In this document: positions 28,301-41,800 of the stretch, piece after piece
Position numbering within the stretch: the first letter of the stretch is position 1
Layout: the number at the start of each line of letters is the position of its first letter
Assembly (NCBI GenBank): GCA_964252035.1
Contig: OZ176201.1
Length of the DNA stretch: 64,000 bases
Reading direction: 5' to 3' (one strand)
From: Podarcis erhardii
Lineage: Eukaryota
The notes under the pieces: generated by a model
The model's database searches: none
What the model was told of the DNA's origin: nothing
Seen by the model: the letters and a program-made list of their open reading frames with translations, nothing else
Made by a program: the position numbers and the translations under genes

Positions 28301-31300
28301 AGAATTACTGAAGCAACCATCTAGAGAAGATGCTGTGTTTGCAGAAAAGCTTTCAGGCGATAAAATGTCGTGTTCAACAAGTTACAGAGACACAAATCAG
28401 GGAAAAGCATTAACCCACTTATTTATGGGAATGACATCATCAGCAAGCTGTTTGCATTCTTCTACAGCCCCAGCTTAAGGCTGCATAGTAAAACTTGTGC
28501 ATATGCTGCAGTCCAGCATTCTGTATGAAGTCAACGTTGTTGACAGTGTATTTTATCTTCCCTTGCAAACGCTGCTTCCTCTCCCCTCATACCATTCCCC
28601 AACAAAAAAGGTATGGCCCCCTCTTTATTGATGAATAATAACGTGGGCACAGAAGTGGAAAGCGGTTTGGCCATATGGCTGGCTGTGATAAGATTCTCTG
28701 AATTGAAGACATCATCCCACTTCATCATGTCTGTCCTATCAAACGGCTCTAGCAAAACAAATTCACACAAATAAAGCTTAAATCGGTATATCAACTTTTT
28801 TTAAGCTATGGGGAGTCAGTCTTCAATTGATTGGACATAGTTATAGGCACTTGATGTTATTTAGGTTTCAGTGCATTATTGTAACAATTTTTTTAAAGAA
28901 ATTAAACTAGACTCGCTGTCTTAACACTGTGGTAAATGTTGTTTATTTACTTGTAAGCCAAAGTAATAAATTACAGCAATACATCAACTAAAATAATTAA
29001 GTGGCTGGGGAATTTCTGGGGAAATGCTGCAGTTCTTGGGGTCAATTTTTGTTTAATAAAGTCTGAACAACAACAATTCACAGTCCTTATCTTGCACTCA
29101 TTTCACAATGAATATAATACGGATGTTTACATGCTTGCTCCATAGTGTCAACATCAAAGGGAATGGAAAACCAAAGCCTGCCTTCCAGGCATTACTATTA
29201 TTGTTTTGCACTAAACACTAGGTATGGCAAAAACAAAACTTAAACGTATTAAGAATTTAATTTGTGATGTTCATGGTTACTTTAGAATTATAAAAAGCAC
29301 AATTCCAAACATCATAGCTCTCTTACCTTTAAGAGGAACAGATCAGAGATTTAATGCAAGCTGCCTGACTCAAAGCAAAGGCCATTTATGAGCGCAACAC
29401 TGTTTTACCATGTTGCTCGTTAGTGGCAATATTTTGAAGCCACATGAATGAGAGGATTTTATGGTATTAATGCTTGGAAGCAGCAAGGAATCACTAATGC
29501 CATCTGTCTAATGCCTCTGGAGCACCATTGCTTAGTGGCACAAAATGCAAAACAGGAAAACTGAAACAGATTGCCTGTGTTTCCTGGTCTGACTCCATCC
29601 ATTCCCAATTCACTCATTCCTGCTACAGCCCAATGCCAATCCATTTTATCTGTTCCCCTAGTTTATTTTGTAATTGTAACAGATATTCAGTTGCACGTCA
29701 GTAGGCGTGAGAGACGACGGGGGCAGAATGCCAAAATAAATTCCCTATATTCTGTTTCCAACTGGGCTGCTACAGTAAAAAAAAAAATCATTATCAAGGA
29801 CCTTTTTTTGACTCTCTTCCGTGTGACTACACATATGACTTCTGTTGTTAAAGAACTTAGCTTGAACAAGGTGAATAATAAGCATCTACCATTTCCTTAT
29901 CAATATTCCAGCACCTTTCTAAATAATGTTTCAGAAAAAGAACTTTTATTTCATATTACCTTAAAAAATATGTAACCTATTTCAGGTATGCACTTTTAGA
30001 GATAACAGATGAGAACAAGAGTACTAGCTCTGCCTTCTTCTATCGTCATTACCATCACCCTTCAACTTGCAGAGGGTGACTGTCTGAAGCTGGAAGTCTA
30101 AGGGAGGCCCCACACATTTCAGAAGCCTTCCAGTGTTCAGAAGTTTCCACTGTTCAAAAATGTCCAGACAGCCACCTCCACAAGTAGGTTGGGGCTGCAC
30201 CAGTGAGAGTGACAGATTGGCTCTGCCAATGCATCTGCATAGCCCTGACCACACTTTTCCATACATGTAAGCTGTAGCGATGTTGGCGATGGGAGGCTCC
30301 ACTCCACCACATAGGTCACTACTGATAGGTCCACATTTGCACAGAGATCTCATGCTGAAATAATTTAGAACTTTCCAGTTCAGTTGTTCACTTCCAACCA
30401 TAGTGAAACAGAACCAAAAGGAAGCAAACAAGCATGAGGTCTGCTCCCAGGGCCCAAAACACAGACAGCTACTAAGGAAGACATAAGTTTCTCAAAGACA
30501 CATCACTTATTGTGTCTTTATTAGACTAAAATAATATAGTGTCAGCCAAAGCTTCTATCCGGCTTGATAATGCAGACAATTCTTATAAGAATATTCCATG
30601 AATCTAGAGAATTAGAGAAATTTAGGATAGCCTCTATCTCAATTTTTCATTGTCTTGACTATCAGTGTTTAAGTTGGTAACATACAGTTTAATAAACAGG
30701 AACTGGCACACGCTGGGCCTACTGAGAGAAAGGCAAAATACATATGCAACTCACCGATCCACTGCTTCTACATCAAAGCAAAATCTTTTCTCTATGGAAT
30801 CAGTTTTTCGACGTGTGCAGGATTTGAGAATAATGGCTTCATCATCTCCCTGGCATAAGATAAAGACCAAAGATTAGACCAATTTACAGATATATTTTAA
30901 AATAATATACTGGTAATAGCCTTGTTCTGAATGTCACTTGTCTTAATTTTGTAAGTAGCATATGGCCCAATGTGGATTACTGATGAAAACTAGGCAGTAA
31001 AGAAAAGTCAGTGTTGCAATACAACTTGTAATCTATCCCCCACAGAATCACAAACAGAAAACCTTGTAAAAATACATCAACCACAGAACTGATTTAAAAA
31101 ATATTAAGATAGTTAGCCCCACTGGGTGTGATCAAAGGTCCTTCTAGTCCAGCATCCTGCTTATCATCAATGGTGCAGAAAGCCCACAAGCGAGGCTTGA
31201 AAGGAAGGCAATAGCCTTAGCCAACTATTGCTCTCCAGCAGCTGGTCTTCAGTGATGCACTCTCTGTGACCCTGAAGATCCTATTTAGCTATCAGTGCCA

Positions 31301-33214
31301 TTATCTGTTGATAGATCTCACTTCCATGAATCCATCTAGCCCCCTTTTTAAAAGCCATCTAATGTGGTAGTCAACAACCTGTGGAGTAGGCACTTGCTTA
31401 TGGAAGCTCATGCCTCCATGAATTGTTTAATCTGCATGGCATTTACTTAGGGGCAAAGAGTCTTGAGAATATGCTATATGTCATTAAGAAAAGGATGAGT
31501 GCAGGGTGAATAACGACATACAACTGCAGTCTACCACCATTTAAAGGTGCTATAAACCACATGGATTTGAGGCAGCAAAATAAGATCCTGTTCCACACCA
31601 CAACCACAGTTACTTCACCCACCTCAAAGAGAAGCTACAGCAGGTTCTAGCTATCTCATAGGATCAATAAGTCCCTCATGCAGCGGAGTGAGAGATCTTC
31701 ATTGTTCAGTCACAGTGATGGCAGAGGGAGAATTTAACTGAGATTAATACGTTTCCTCTGAGTTCCATTCTTTCACACCAAGGTCAAGTTGCCCCTTGAC
31801 CCTATTAAGGCACCAGAATGTTGTCTTTCCAGGGATAGAAACCTTAGTATACAAGTCTTACCAGTAATCTATTTCTTTCAGATGACTGGAAGTCCTGTAC
31901 ACTTGACTACTATTGACTGTAATCCAATTCCCTTTCTTGAAGAAAACTAGATATGCCCACCACTTTATCAGACAGAGCCACTCCTCTATTGTTGGATTTG
32001 ATTCAATTTAGTGATTCTTAGAAATATCACGTGGGGATGGGGAGAGGAGACTACAAAAGGCTACACTGGCAGAGAAATACCACTGCTGGTAACAGCCATT
32101 CCCAGACCATGAATCATCCTGCAAATAATAATAATAATAAATCAACAGGAAGAGACTCTATTGGGGAAGCAGAGCCAGGTGGGTGCCAAGCAGTGACTTC
32201 ACAGAACAACCTGACCTAGTGAGGGGAATATTAATGTTCTTTTATGATTATGTTAAGGAGAATCCCAGGACTGCAAATTCAACTACAAGTAAATAAAATG
32301 CTGCAGGACAAGCCAAAGTGAATGTAATGATTCACCCCATTCCCTTAACAAATGCACCCGATCAGCACCTGCTGCCTAGAGGCACCTCACTGTGCTACAT
32401 GAAAATAAATGCCACAGGCCTGTCTGACTATAGAAGGGCCTACTTCACTGAAGATCTGAAATGTTTCCAAGGTTTTCATATGAAACAACCTTATTCTGGA
32501 ATAAATGTTTCCCAAGTTATCTCAGGGCAAATTCTCTTCTAGGACTATGCATATACTTTCAGGGTAAGCCTCAAAGAAATCTAGCCAACTCCAGTTTCAG
32601 TTTCAGTTCCTAAGCTCACAAAAACTGCCCCCCTCCCCAATTCTCATGCTGAATTTTAACATCATGCACATACATGCATCTGCATGCACGCACAAGTGGT
32701 CTGTGGCCTGGCCGTTTTGCACCCCCTTTCTCTCTGCTTCAAAATGAGGGGTGGGTGTAATTAACTGATTGCATATTCCTAACAAAATGATTGCATATTC
32801 CAGTCAAAAAACCTGGCCCAAATTTATTGACTCTTATCCACTAGCAAACATCTAACCAACAAGCCAAGCTTCTCTACTTAGAGAACCTTCATGTACAACC
32901 GCAATCTAACCCTTAACAACAGCTGCTGTGTGTGGGGGCGGGGGACTACAAGTGCTGATACAAATATTAAAGGCACTTGATCTAGTCCCAGAATTTGGTC
33001 TGCAGGCATGATAAGACCACCAACTTGCCGAAGCTAAGCAAGTCTGGGACTTGTCAGTACCTGGGTGGATGTCTGCCTGGAGATAACATATGCACTGACC
33101 TTGGGTTCCATGATGGAATAATGGTGAGACACAAATGTAAATAGATTGATGTATGCAACACTGATCTCACCACAGGGAGCAATACCAAGTGTGTTCCATC
33201 AATGTTACAATTAA

Positions 33215-33269
<55 letters not shown>

Positions 33270-35753
33270 GATTTTTTTGTTTATGAAAATGCACATATAA
33301 TCAATTAATTAAGAATATTGTGACCAAGATGATCAAGGGTCTGATGAAGAAAGGTTGAGGGAGTTAGATATGTTTAGCCTGGAAAAGAGGAGACTGAGAG
33401 GAGATATGATATGAAAGCCATCTTCAAATATCTGAAGGGCTGCCACATGGAAGAGAGAGCAGGATTGTTTTCTCCTGCTGTCAAGGGTAGGACCCAAACA
33501 TATGTGTGTTTGTGTGTGTGTGTAATGAAAAGAGTAAAAATCGGGAATTAGGGTATGTCTTAACTATGCAGTTTATTTATTACTAATGAGACATTTCAAC
33601 AACACTCAGGACTAAGTTGTTAAAAAGGACAATATTACCTTGACTGAACAGATTTTCCACAATCCCCAAATGTATTTTTTAAGTATTATTATTATTATTA
33701 TTATTTCTATTAATGTAGTAATAGTGGTAGTAGTAGCAGCAACAGCAGCAAATACACCTAGAACTGTCCACATAGCTAGATACTTGCATTTTCACTCACC
33801 CCCTTTCCGCCAGACTTCTGGTCAAAAGGCACCATAGTTATTCGTTTAGATTCACTGTGATATGTGCAATAATGCTTCACCCAGGATGTTGTTCCAAAAT
33901 GACCTAAAATAATTGAAATAGGTTGATGTTAGAGACAGAGATAAAAATAACCAATGATGAAATAGTTGTACCTTATAAGCCATGCTTTTCAGAGGCTCCA
34001 TCCAGTTGACTTTACACAGGGCCAGTCCAATTGCTCAGGTGGCAGACCTTTTCTACAGGTAACACTCACTCCATGTTTGGTGGCAACTCTAAATATTTCT
34101 TACACTTAAGCAATACATTCTTATGACTCAGCTCTATTTCTCCAAGACATCTGAGCTTGAATCCTAGCAAGATGGAGGCACTATGGATGAGTGGTTGCTA
34201 TGTTTAAGAAATTGGTCCATCACCTGCCCTGGATGATGTTGCACTCCCCTAGAAGGAGAAGGTACACAGTCTGGGGGTGCTTCTAGATCCATCCAGCTTT
34301 GCCACTTGAGGTCCACGTAGCCTCAATGGCTATAAGCACCTTTTAGCAGTTTTGATTAATACAGCAGCTATGACCGTTCCTAGACTCCGAGAGCTTGACC
34401 ACAGTAGCTCAAGCATTGGTAATTTCAAGATGGGATTACTCCAATGCACTTCCCTTGTGCTTGGTCTGGAAACTGCAGTTAGTGCAAAATGTCACAGCAC
34501 AGTTGTCAACATGTGTGAGACAATGTGAGCATATAACAACTTTGCTCAGAGATCTGCACTGGTTGTCTATTTGTTACCGGGCCAAGTTCAAGTATACTAT
34601 ATACTATTGGTATATAAAGCCCTTAGCATCTTGGGACCAGTTTACATGTGGGATTGGCTTATTACATATGTGCCACTCAATGATTTTGATCTGTGGAACT
34701 GGCATTGTTACATACGCCACACACTACTCTTTGCACACAAAACACAACAGTCTTGGGTGTAGCAGTACCTACACTTTGGAATTCCCTATTGACATGGAAA
34801 TCAAGGCTGTTTCAACCAGAGCCAGTCTAACAAGGTCCTAGCCTAAAGCCCATGATTTTCATAATACAGCACTGATGCAGTCTACTAATTTTACCCTAAA
34901 CATTTGCCAAGAACCCTTCTTAGAAACCTGACCAAAGGCTCACTATTTACATTAATGCCATCCTGGTTTTGATGATATTTGATGACACTGAATATTTTTT
35001 AAAAAAATTAAACAGTTATCTATATGTTTTGATTTGCAAAAGAAAAAATAATGAAGTGGTCCACTGAGACCTCTAGCAATTTTCCACTAATCTGCAGGGG
35101 AAAGGTCTGAGAACTGCTGTTGCAGAACATCAATTCATAATCACCACAACTGTACTCTGAAAAGGGTAGCATGATGTAGCATTTTTGTATAAAAAGAAAT
35201 GGCTCAACTAGCATCCTTTTCAATATGCTTAAAGTAAGGCAGGATCTATTTAAAGCTTTCAATAAAAGTTTCTAAGCTAGCGATAACTGGGGCCAGTAAG
35301 AACTGTTGAATGGAATCTTTTAAAAACCAATGTTGTGCATGTTCTTGGTAGTGGTGCCCTCCCAGTGGAACACCCTCCTTTCAGATGTCAAGGAAATAAA
35401 CAACAATCTGAGTTTTAGAAGAAGAAGAAGAATAGTTTGGATTTGATATCCTGCTTTATCACTACCCTAAGGAGTCTCAAAGCTAACAATCTCCTTTTCT
35501 CTTCCTCCCCCATAACAAATACTCTGTGAGGTGAGTGAGGCTGAGAGACTTCAGAGAAGTGTGACTAGCCCAAGGTCACCCAGCAGCTGCATGTGGAGGA
35601 GCAGGGAAGCGAACCCGGTTCACCAGATTATGAGTCCACTGCTCTTAACTACTACACCACGATGGAGGCAGCCCTGTTTAGGGAAGTTTTAGGACTGAAG
35701 TTTTTATTATGTTTTTAGTTATGTTGTCAGCCGCCCAGGGTGGAGTATTGGTG

Positions 35754-35803
<50 letters not shown>

Positions 35804-38800
35804 TCAGGAGAACTACACACCTTGGCATTAGGGATTCTACCGCAGGCAACAGGAGCTTAAGGTCAGCCTTGTTCATACAGACAAGAGAGGCTCATCCTGT
35901 TTTCCTAACTAAAATAAGAACTATCACCAGTCAACTCAAAAGTCCATTGCATAGCAGCTACATGATCCCAGGGGAAGCAACACATACGCTTTTCCTGGAC
36001 ATAGAGATATCCTTCCATTGTGAAAGGGCTGATGTTTTTGTGCTCGTGGGGATTCTCCTTCATCTTCCTCATCAAGGACTCAACCTCTGATCTTGTGCCT
36101 TCAAAGCGATTTCTTGTCTGCATTTAAAGTAGACGGCAAAAAAGTGGTGTTAGGTAGCCTTTACCAGCCTTAAAACACACAGGATCCAGAAAAAGAAGCT
36201 ACTACTGCTCTGGGTGCAACAAAGGAACCAACAGCTTCATATAAACCCTTAAACTCACACATGCTTGGGATCACAGAGAGGTTGTGTGGTGTGAACCAAC
36301 AGCACATTTATGAACTCTCATGTGCAATTTTTATATATAAATAAAAAGTACCATGTTTATGGCAATCTGAATAGAGATACACTCATCTATTAGTGTGTGC
36401 ATATAGTTCCAGTTCAAAGTATGAGCATTCGACAAATACACCAGAGTTTCTCAGAGAGGTAGCTAGTATCAGTATTTTGAGAAACACAGGTGTGCAATAA
36501 CATAACTATATACACCTAAGAACCTCCCAAATGCAAATCCTTCCACATAAAACCACAAGGCAATTTTCCAATTATGAAGCAATTCATCCTACATGAGAAG
36601 TGGAGGCTGAAAGTTGCCAACAACAGCTTCTGGCAGTAACACTCACAAATGATGTCACATTCTTGAAGAAGCAAACAATTATTGAAGAAGCAAATAATTA
36701 TTGCACTTAGGCATGGACATGGATAGACAGCTGGCTCTCAACATTCATAAACAGAAGGAAACAAGCTGCTATGGAGGCTATGTGTTAGGTCACCATGCTT
36801 ACCCCCTGTGCACTGGGGGAGTGGGGATTGCTTGTGTACAATTTTAACCTCTCATTAACATCCTTTGTGAAAAGTTGGTAAAGTTGCATTGTCTCTGTTA
36901 AGTGATTCCACTCTGTGCTTACATTTTGTATGCTAATTGTCAGCTCCGTCTTGAAATCACTGAAATCCTTTGCAAGCTCATAGCCATGGTGGTAGAATGT
37001 GAATAGCCCTTGCAGAAATGCCAGTAGCTGCAAGAGAGAAGGAATTTTTTTTAAAAAAACCATCAAGTGGCTGAGGTAAGAGAGAGAGATAGACAGACAT
37101 GCTCTCACTGGATTCTACTGTCGTACCTCAGCTCCTGAACACCTTGGGAGTTGAACGTTCCGGCTCCCAAAAGATCAAAAACCAGGACTGTGTGTTCTGG
37201 TTTTCAAACCTTCTTTTGGAAGCTGAACGTCTGATGGGGCTTCTGCGGCTTCCGATTGGCTGCACGAGCTTCTTGCAGCCAATCAGAAGCTGCGCTTTGG
37301 AAGTCTAATGTTTCAGAAGTCGAATGGACTTCTGGAATGGATTCTGTTTGACTTCCGAGGTACGACTGTGTTTACTCAAGGAGAGAGTTATTGCTACTGC
37401 CCTTTCTTCCCATTCAACATCACAGTGCACCCCCAAAGGAAAAAAGAAAAGAAACTACAGTTATTCTGTGCACACACACACCTGGGAATTAGTCCTATTG
37501 ACCAAAATAGGAGTTACATCCACGAGGTTGTCCAGCGTGGCTGCACACCTATATTGGAGTAAGCACCACTGAACTCAATGGGACCTACTTCTAACTAAAA
37601 CATAGGTCATCGGCACAGTACCCGTGGGCACAGATCTGCCACCAGAGGCCTTCCCTGATGCCCACAGAGTTCCATTCCTGCACTAAAATCAGGCTTAAAA
37701 GAGGCCTTCTTTAAGCAACAGAAGGCTTTCTTTCCACACACACACACACACATCTAATGGGGGGGGGGGCAATTACATCTGGGGAGAGTTGTTGCACATG
37801 TGTGATACCCACAGCAGTTTCTATGCCAAAACAATTTGCAACCTCTGAACTAAAGCATCCCCTAGTCTAAATGTATGCAACAGGTTTGCTTTTTTTAATC
37901 ACTCTTACTAGCGTTTTTGTATGACACTGTGCAACCTCTGGAGCTTTCAAAACTTCTCTTCTGATACAGATCACAATACTGACAGTAGCAGGCAGCTTCT
38001 TTAAAGCATTTTCATCCACTTAAGTCTTTACATTTAACTTGAAAGGCCTGGTAAGATCTTCAGTGAGCAAAAGACTCAAGCATATATGTAGCCATGCCTC
38101 ACTCTCTCAGGTGAGTGATGTCCTGCTCAGTCTCAAGAGCACATTATACATTATACTGCATCTGGGATTTGTGCATTCAACTCGGGAACATAACACATAT
38201 GTAAAATATGCCACATTTTAAAGAGCTTCTTTAATTCACACCCCTTCTCCTGCTTGCCACTCTTTGCCCCATCTTAAATAAATAGTCATTCTGTACTTTC
38301 CCTGGGTTTGTGTGCACACAGACACACCATACACACAGAATGTGGTTTAGAAACATTCCACAAAACAATTTAAGCAACGCATCAGCAATGCCTGGTGCCA
38401 TCTGCAGGTCAGATACAAAAGTTACCCAAGAAGTTTGTCATTTTATCTATACAGTCATACCCCGGGTTGAAGTAGCTTCAGGTTAAGCATTTTCGGGTTG
38501 TGCTCCACGGCAACCCGGAAGTAACGGAGCGCGTTACTTCCGGGTTTCGCCGCTCACACAGACGCTCAAAACGACGTCACGTGCATGTGCGGAAGCGGCG
38601 AAACGCAACCCGCACACGTGCAGACGCGCAGTGCGTTTGCTTCAGGATGTGAACAGGGCTCCGGAACGGATCCCATTCGCATCTAGAGGTACCACTGTAC
38701 TGATAAGAGTACTGTGGACTTTATTCCTTCAAAGCTCCAGGAGGGAAGGAAAGGATACCCACCCAATCTTCATTTTATAATAATGGAAACACGGCTCAGA

Positions 38801-41800
38801 TGAAGTCAGTAGTGTTCCAGGACCATAAAATCACAAAAGCTATTTTGAGGAATACATGAAATGAGCAGGTCTATTTTTTTTTTATTGTTTGGAGGGAGTA
38901 ATAGGCAAACCTCTCTATTCAGAAGCTACTAACATACGCTTTCAGAACATAAAAACCTTGCATACCAATGATGAAATTTTTGCCTAACAAAAATACTGCT
39001 TCAGAAGAGAATTGACTGAAAGTACTGCCTAGGAAAAAACAAGGTGTGGATCAGACAACTTATTAAATGCTACCTCAGCCATGAACGCACTAATGTTTCA
39101 GCTTCAGTTCTCTAGACAAGCTCTCTCAGGATATTTCCTGGATGGTGTCATACATTCCCTACTTGGGTAAGGTACTTGAGCATGTGGTGGTGGTCCAGCT
39201 TCAGGAATTTGTGGATGGGATTAATTACCTTGACCTCAATCTTAACTCATGAGCTATTGCTGCAATCTGTTCTGATTGTATATTTTATCTTTATGAACGC
39301 TGTTTTTATTGTGTTATGTGAGCTGGTCTTTCACCGTAATAAATTATCTCTCTTGTACCTTGACCCATTTCAGTCCTGACCTGCTTTCAGCACTGAAAGT
39401 GGTTCTGGTTATGTTGATGGTTACAGAAATAGTTCAGGAACGCAATATCTCAAGGACCGCCTCTTCCCATATGAAGGGACCCAAACCTTGTGGTCATCAT
39501 CTGATGCCCTTCTTTGTGTGCCTCCTCTATGAGAGGTTCAGAGTGCGGCAACATGAGAACAAGCCTTTTCTGCAGTGGCTCCCCGGCTGGCAGGTGGCTG
39601 CAAGCAACTCCCACAGCCGGTTGCTCGGCAAGGAAAAAATTTCTGATCATCCCCTTTTTATTCAGTATTTACAGAGAGAGGTTTTGGAACACAACCTCTT
39701 GGAGGTTATGAACCACGGACTGAAGTCAGTTATAGGCTGAATGTCGTTAAACTAAGGTAAAGCTTAATATTGCTCTTAGTCAGAAGGCTGGCAAATCCAG
39801 TAATAGAGTCTCAGCCTGTCCTGGACTGTATTATAACCCACTGCCTTCTCATTTCCTTTAATTTTTTTTTTTACAATTCCGTGGACCTAAAAAATTACAG
39901 GACTCTACAGATTGTGCTTGTCAATTAGTGTCTATGGGGTTTAGCTGAAATCCTGTGAGGCAATCATATCATGTACAGAAGAGGTTAATAAAGTCAGCTC
40001 TGTTTCAACCAACCATTGCGAAGAGGGAGGAAAACTGGGAGGTACTGTGATATTCACACGCACACACTTCCAGGTGATTTGAGACCACACCACAAAAGGC
40101 AACAGGTCCCATCCTGCTTGGGGGTGAGACTGATGAAGGCCACATTAGTGACCCTATTCAAATTCAGACGATTGTCTCACAATTTATGAGAAAACAGAAG
40201 GCACTCTATCATTAATGCCTTTTTGGAAACTCAATCACTGTGACAAAATTGATTCTTTTTAAAGTGTAGGAGACTTCACAGCAGCTGTTTGTCAGTTTTC
40301 CCATCTGAACCGCAAGAAAGCAGTTGGAACCATCTCCAATACCTACTATACCGTAAAACAGTTCACAGGGTAACAATGAAAAGCCATGACTGTTTACTTA
40401 CTGGTTCCACAAACTCAAACATCTTCCTCTCTTGAACTTCTTGCACTTTGAAGACATACTCAAGGGAGACTTCATAGAAGTGCTGTCGAACCAGGTCCAC
40501 CTGGCTGTCTGCCTGTCAAATCACCATGTGGATTAAAAAGATACAAAGCAGCTATTAAATGTTAACATTTGGCACCAATATTATGCAAAGTGCGGCTTTG
40601 CACAGTAATCTTCACAAAAGAAGGTTGAGTTCCAGAAAAAAGTAGATAGGACAGCCAAACATTATACCAAGTCCACAAGAACAATTACTCTCCATCTCAC
40701 TGAGGAACCCTAGGCTCTGAAGGAATTTCAGGGTTTCCCAGAATGAATCTCCTTTTTTTAAAAAAAAGGAAATAATTCCTTTTATTTGAATTATTCACAA
40801 AGAAACAGCATGAGATCTAAATTGGCACCATACAGCTACTGCTCAGATTTCTCACAAGCTGTTGGGAGTTGTTGGTTGTTGGTAGTGTTATATTAATTTG
40901 CATATTCATAATTCGTAAATCTATCTTCCTCTAAGGTCAGGAAGGCATACAGTGCATGCTTCTTCTCCTTTTTAACTTTACAACAACCCTACAAAATGTT
41001 GGTCACTGGAACAAAGTCACCTAGTATACTTCAAGGCTGAGAGGGGGCATTGAACCAGGGTCTCTCAAGTTTAAGTAACTCAAAATGCAGCTTGAAGGCC
41101 TCCTTAGTGGTCATGCCTCGATTATGGGATGTTCCCCCAGTTACCCACCTTAGGATCTTTCAGGCACCAAATGAAGACCTCCTAATTCTCCTAAGCATTT
41201 GAATACATTTATAACTATTTATACATTTATAAATATTGCTGATTTTAAGCTGCTTATTGTTTGGGCTCATGCCTGCTTTTTATGAACTTTTGAGCAGGTT
41301 GTTTTAAATCTATGACAGCTGACGGTATTTGTATCTTACTGATTTAGATTTGTGAAAACACCCAAGGGATATGGTTAAATTGAGCAGCATATGAAATACA
41401 AAAGTATAAAGTAAATACTAATGTTCACAAGGGTCCAGTGTACAAGGAGTGAGATACTCTTAAGTGAAGTCAGTAAGACGTGGTGCCATATTAGCAGGCT
41501 TGCTAAGCAACTAAATGAATTCCAACCTCCCAGATGTTTGGCCAGCAGAAGAAACTCAGAGCTCTCAACACATGAACTATTGTCTTTGGCTGAGCCAGAC
41601 ACACCCGCGAAGCAGCTGTATGTTATTAATGAAGCACAGCACCCACTCTTCTAAAATTACCACAAACAATGAACTTCTCCACACACATTTGTCATTCTTC
41701 TGGCATGCTTCCCCTTCTGAAATCCTAGCTCAATAGCTAAATCCTCAGACATTTCAAGGCTGAGGCACCCCCGCTTCCATATGGAAGCTGAAAACATTTG

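Noticed and set aside
33029-33093. Functional 5S rRNA gene
   Set aside because: The 5' part is missing, there are many substitutions, and there is no poly-T terminator.
39309-39740. 143-aa ORF as a novel nested gene
   Set aside because: It runs across an L2 remnant and an insertion junction, and the L2 peptides lie in other frames.
40130-40200. Intronic C/D snoRNA (TGATGA box)
   Set aside because: The box is antisense to the host gene, and no D box or terminal stem is evident.
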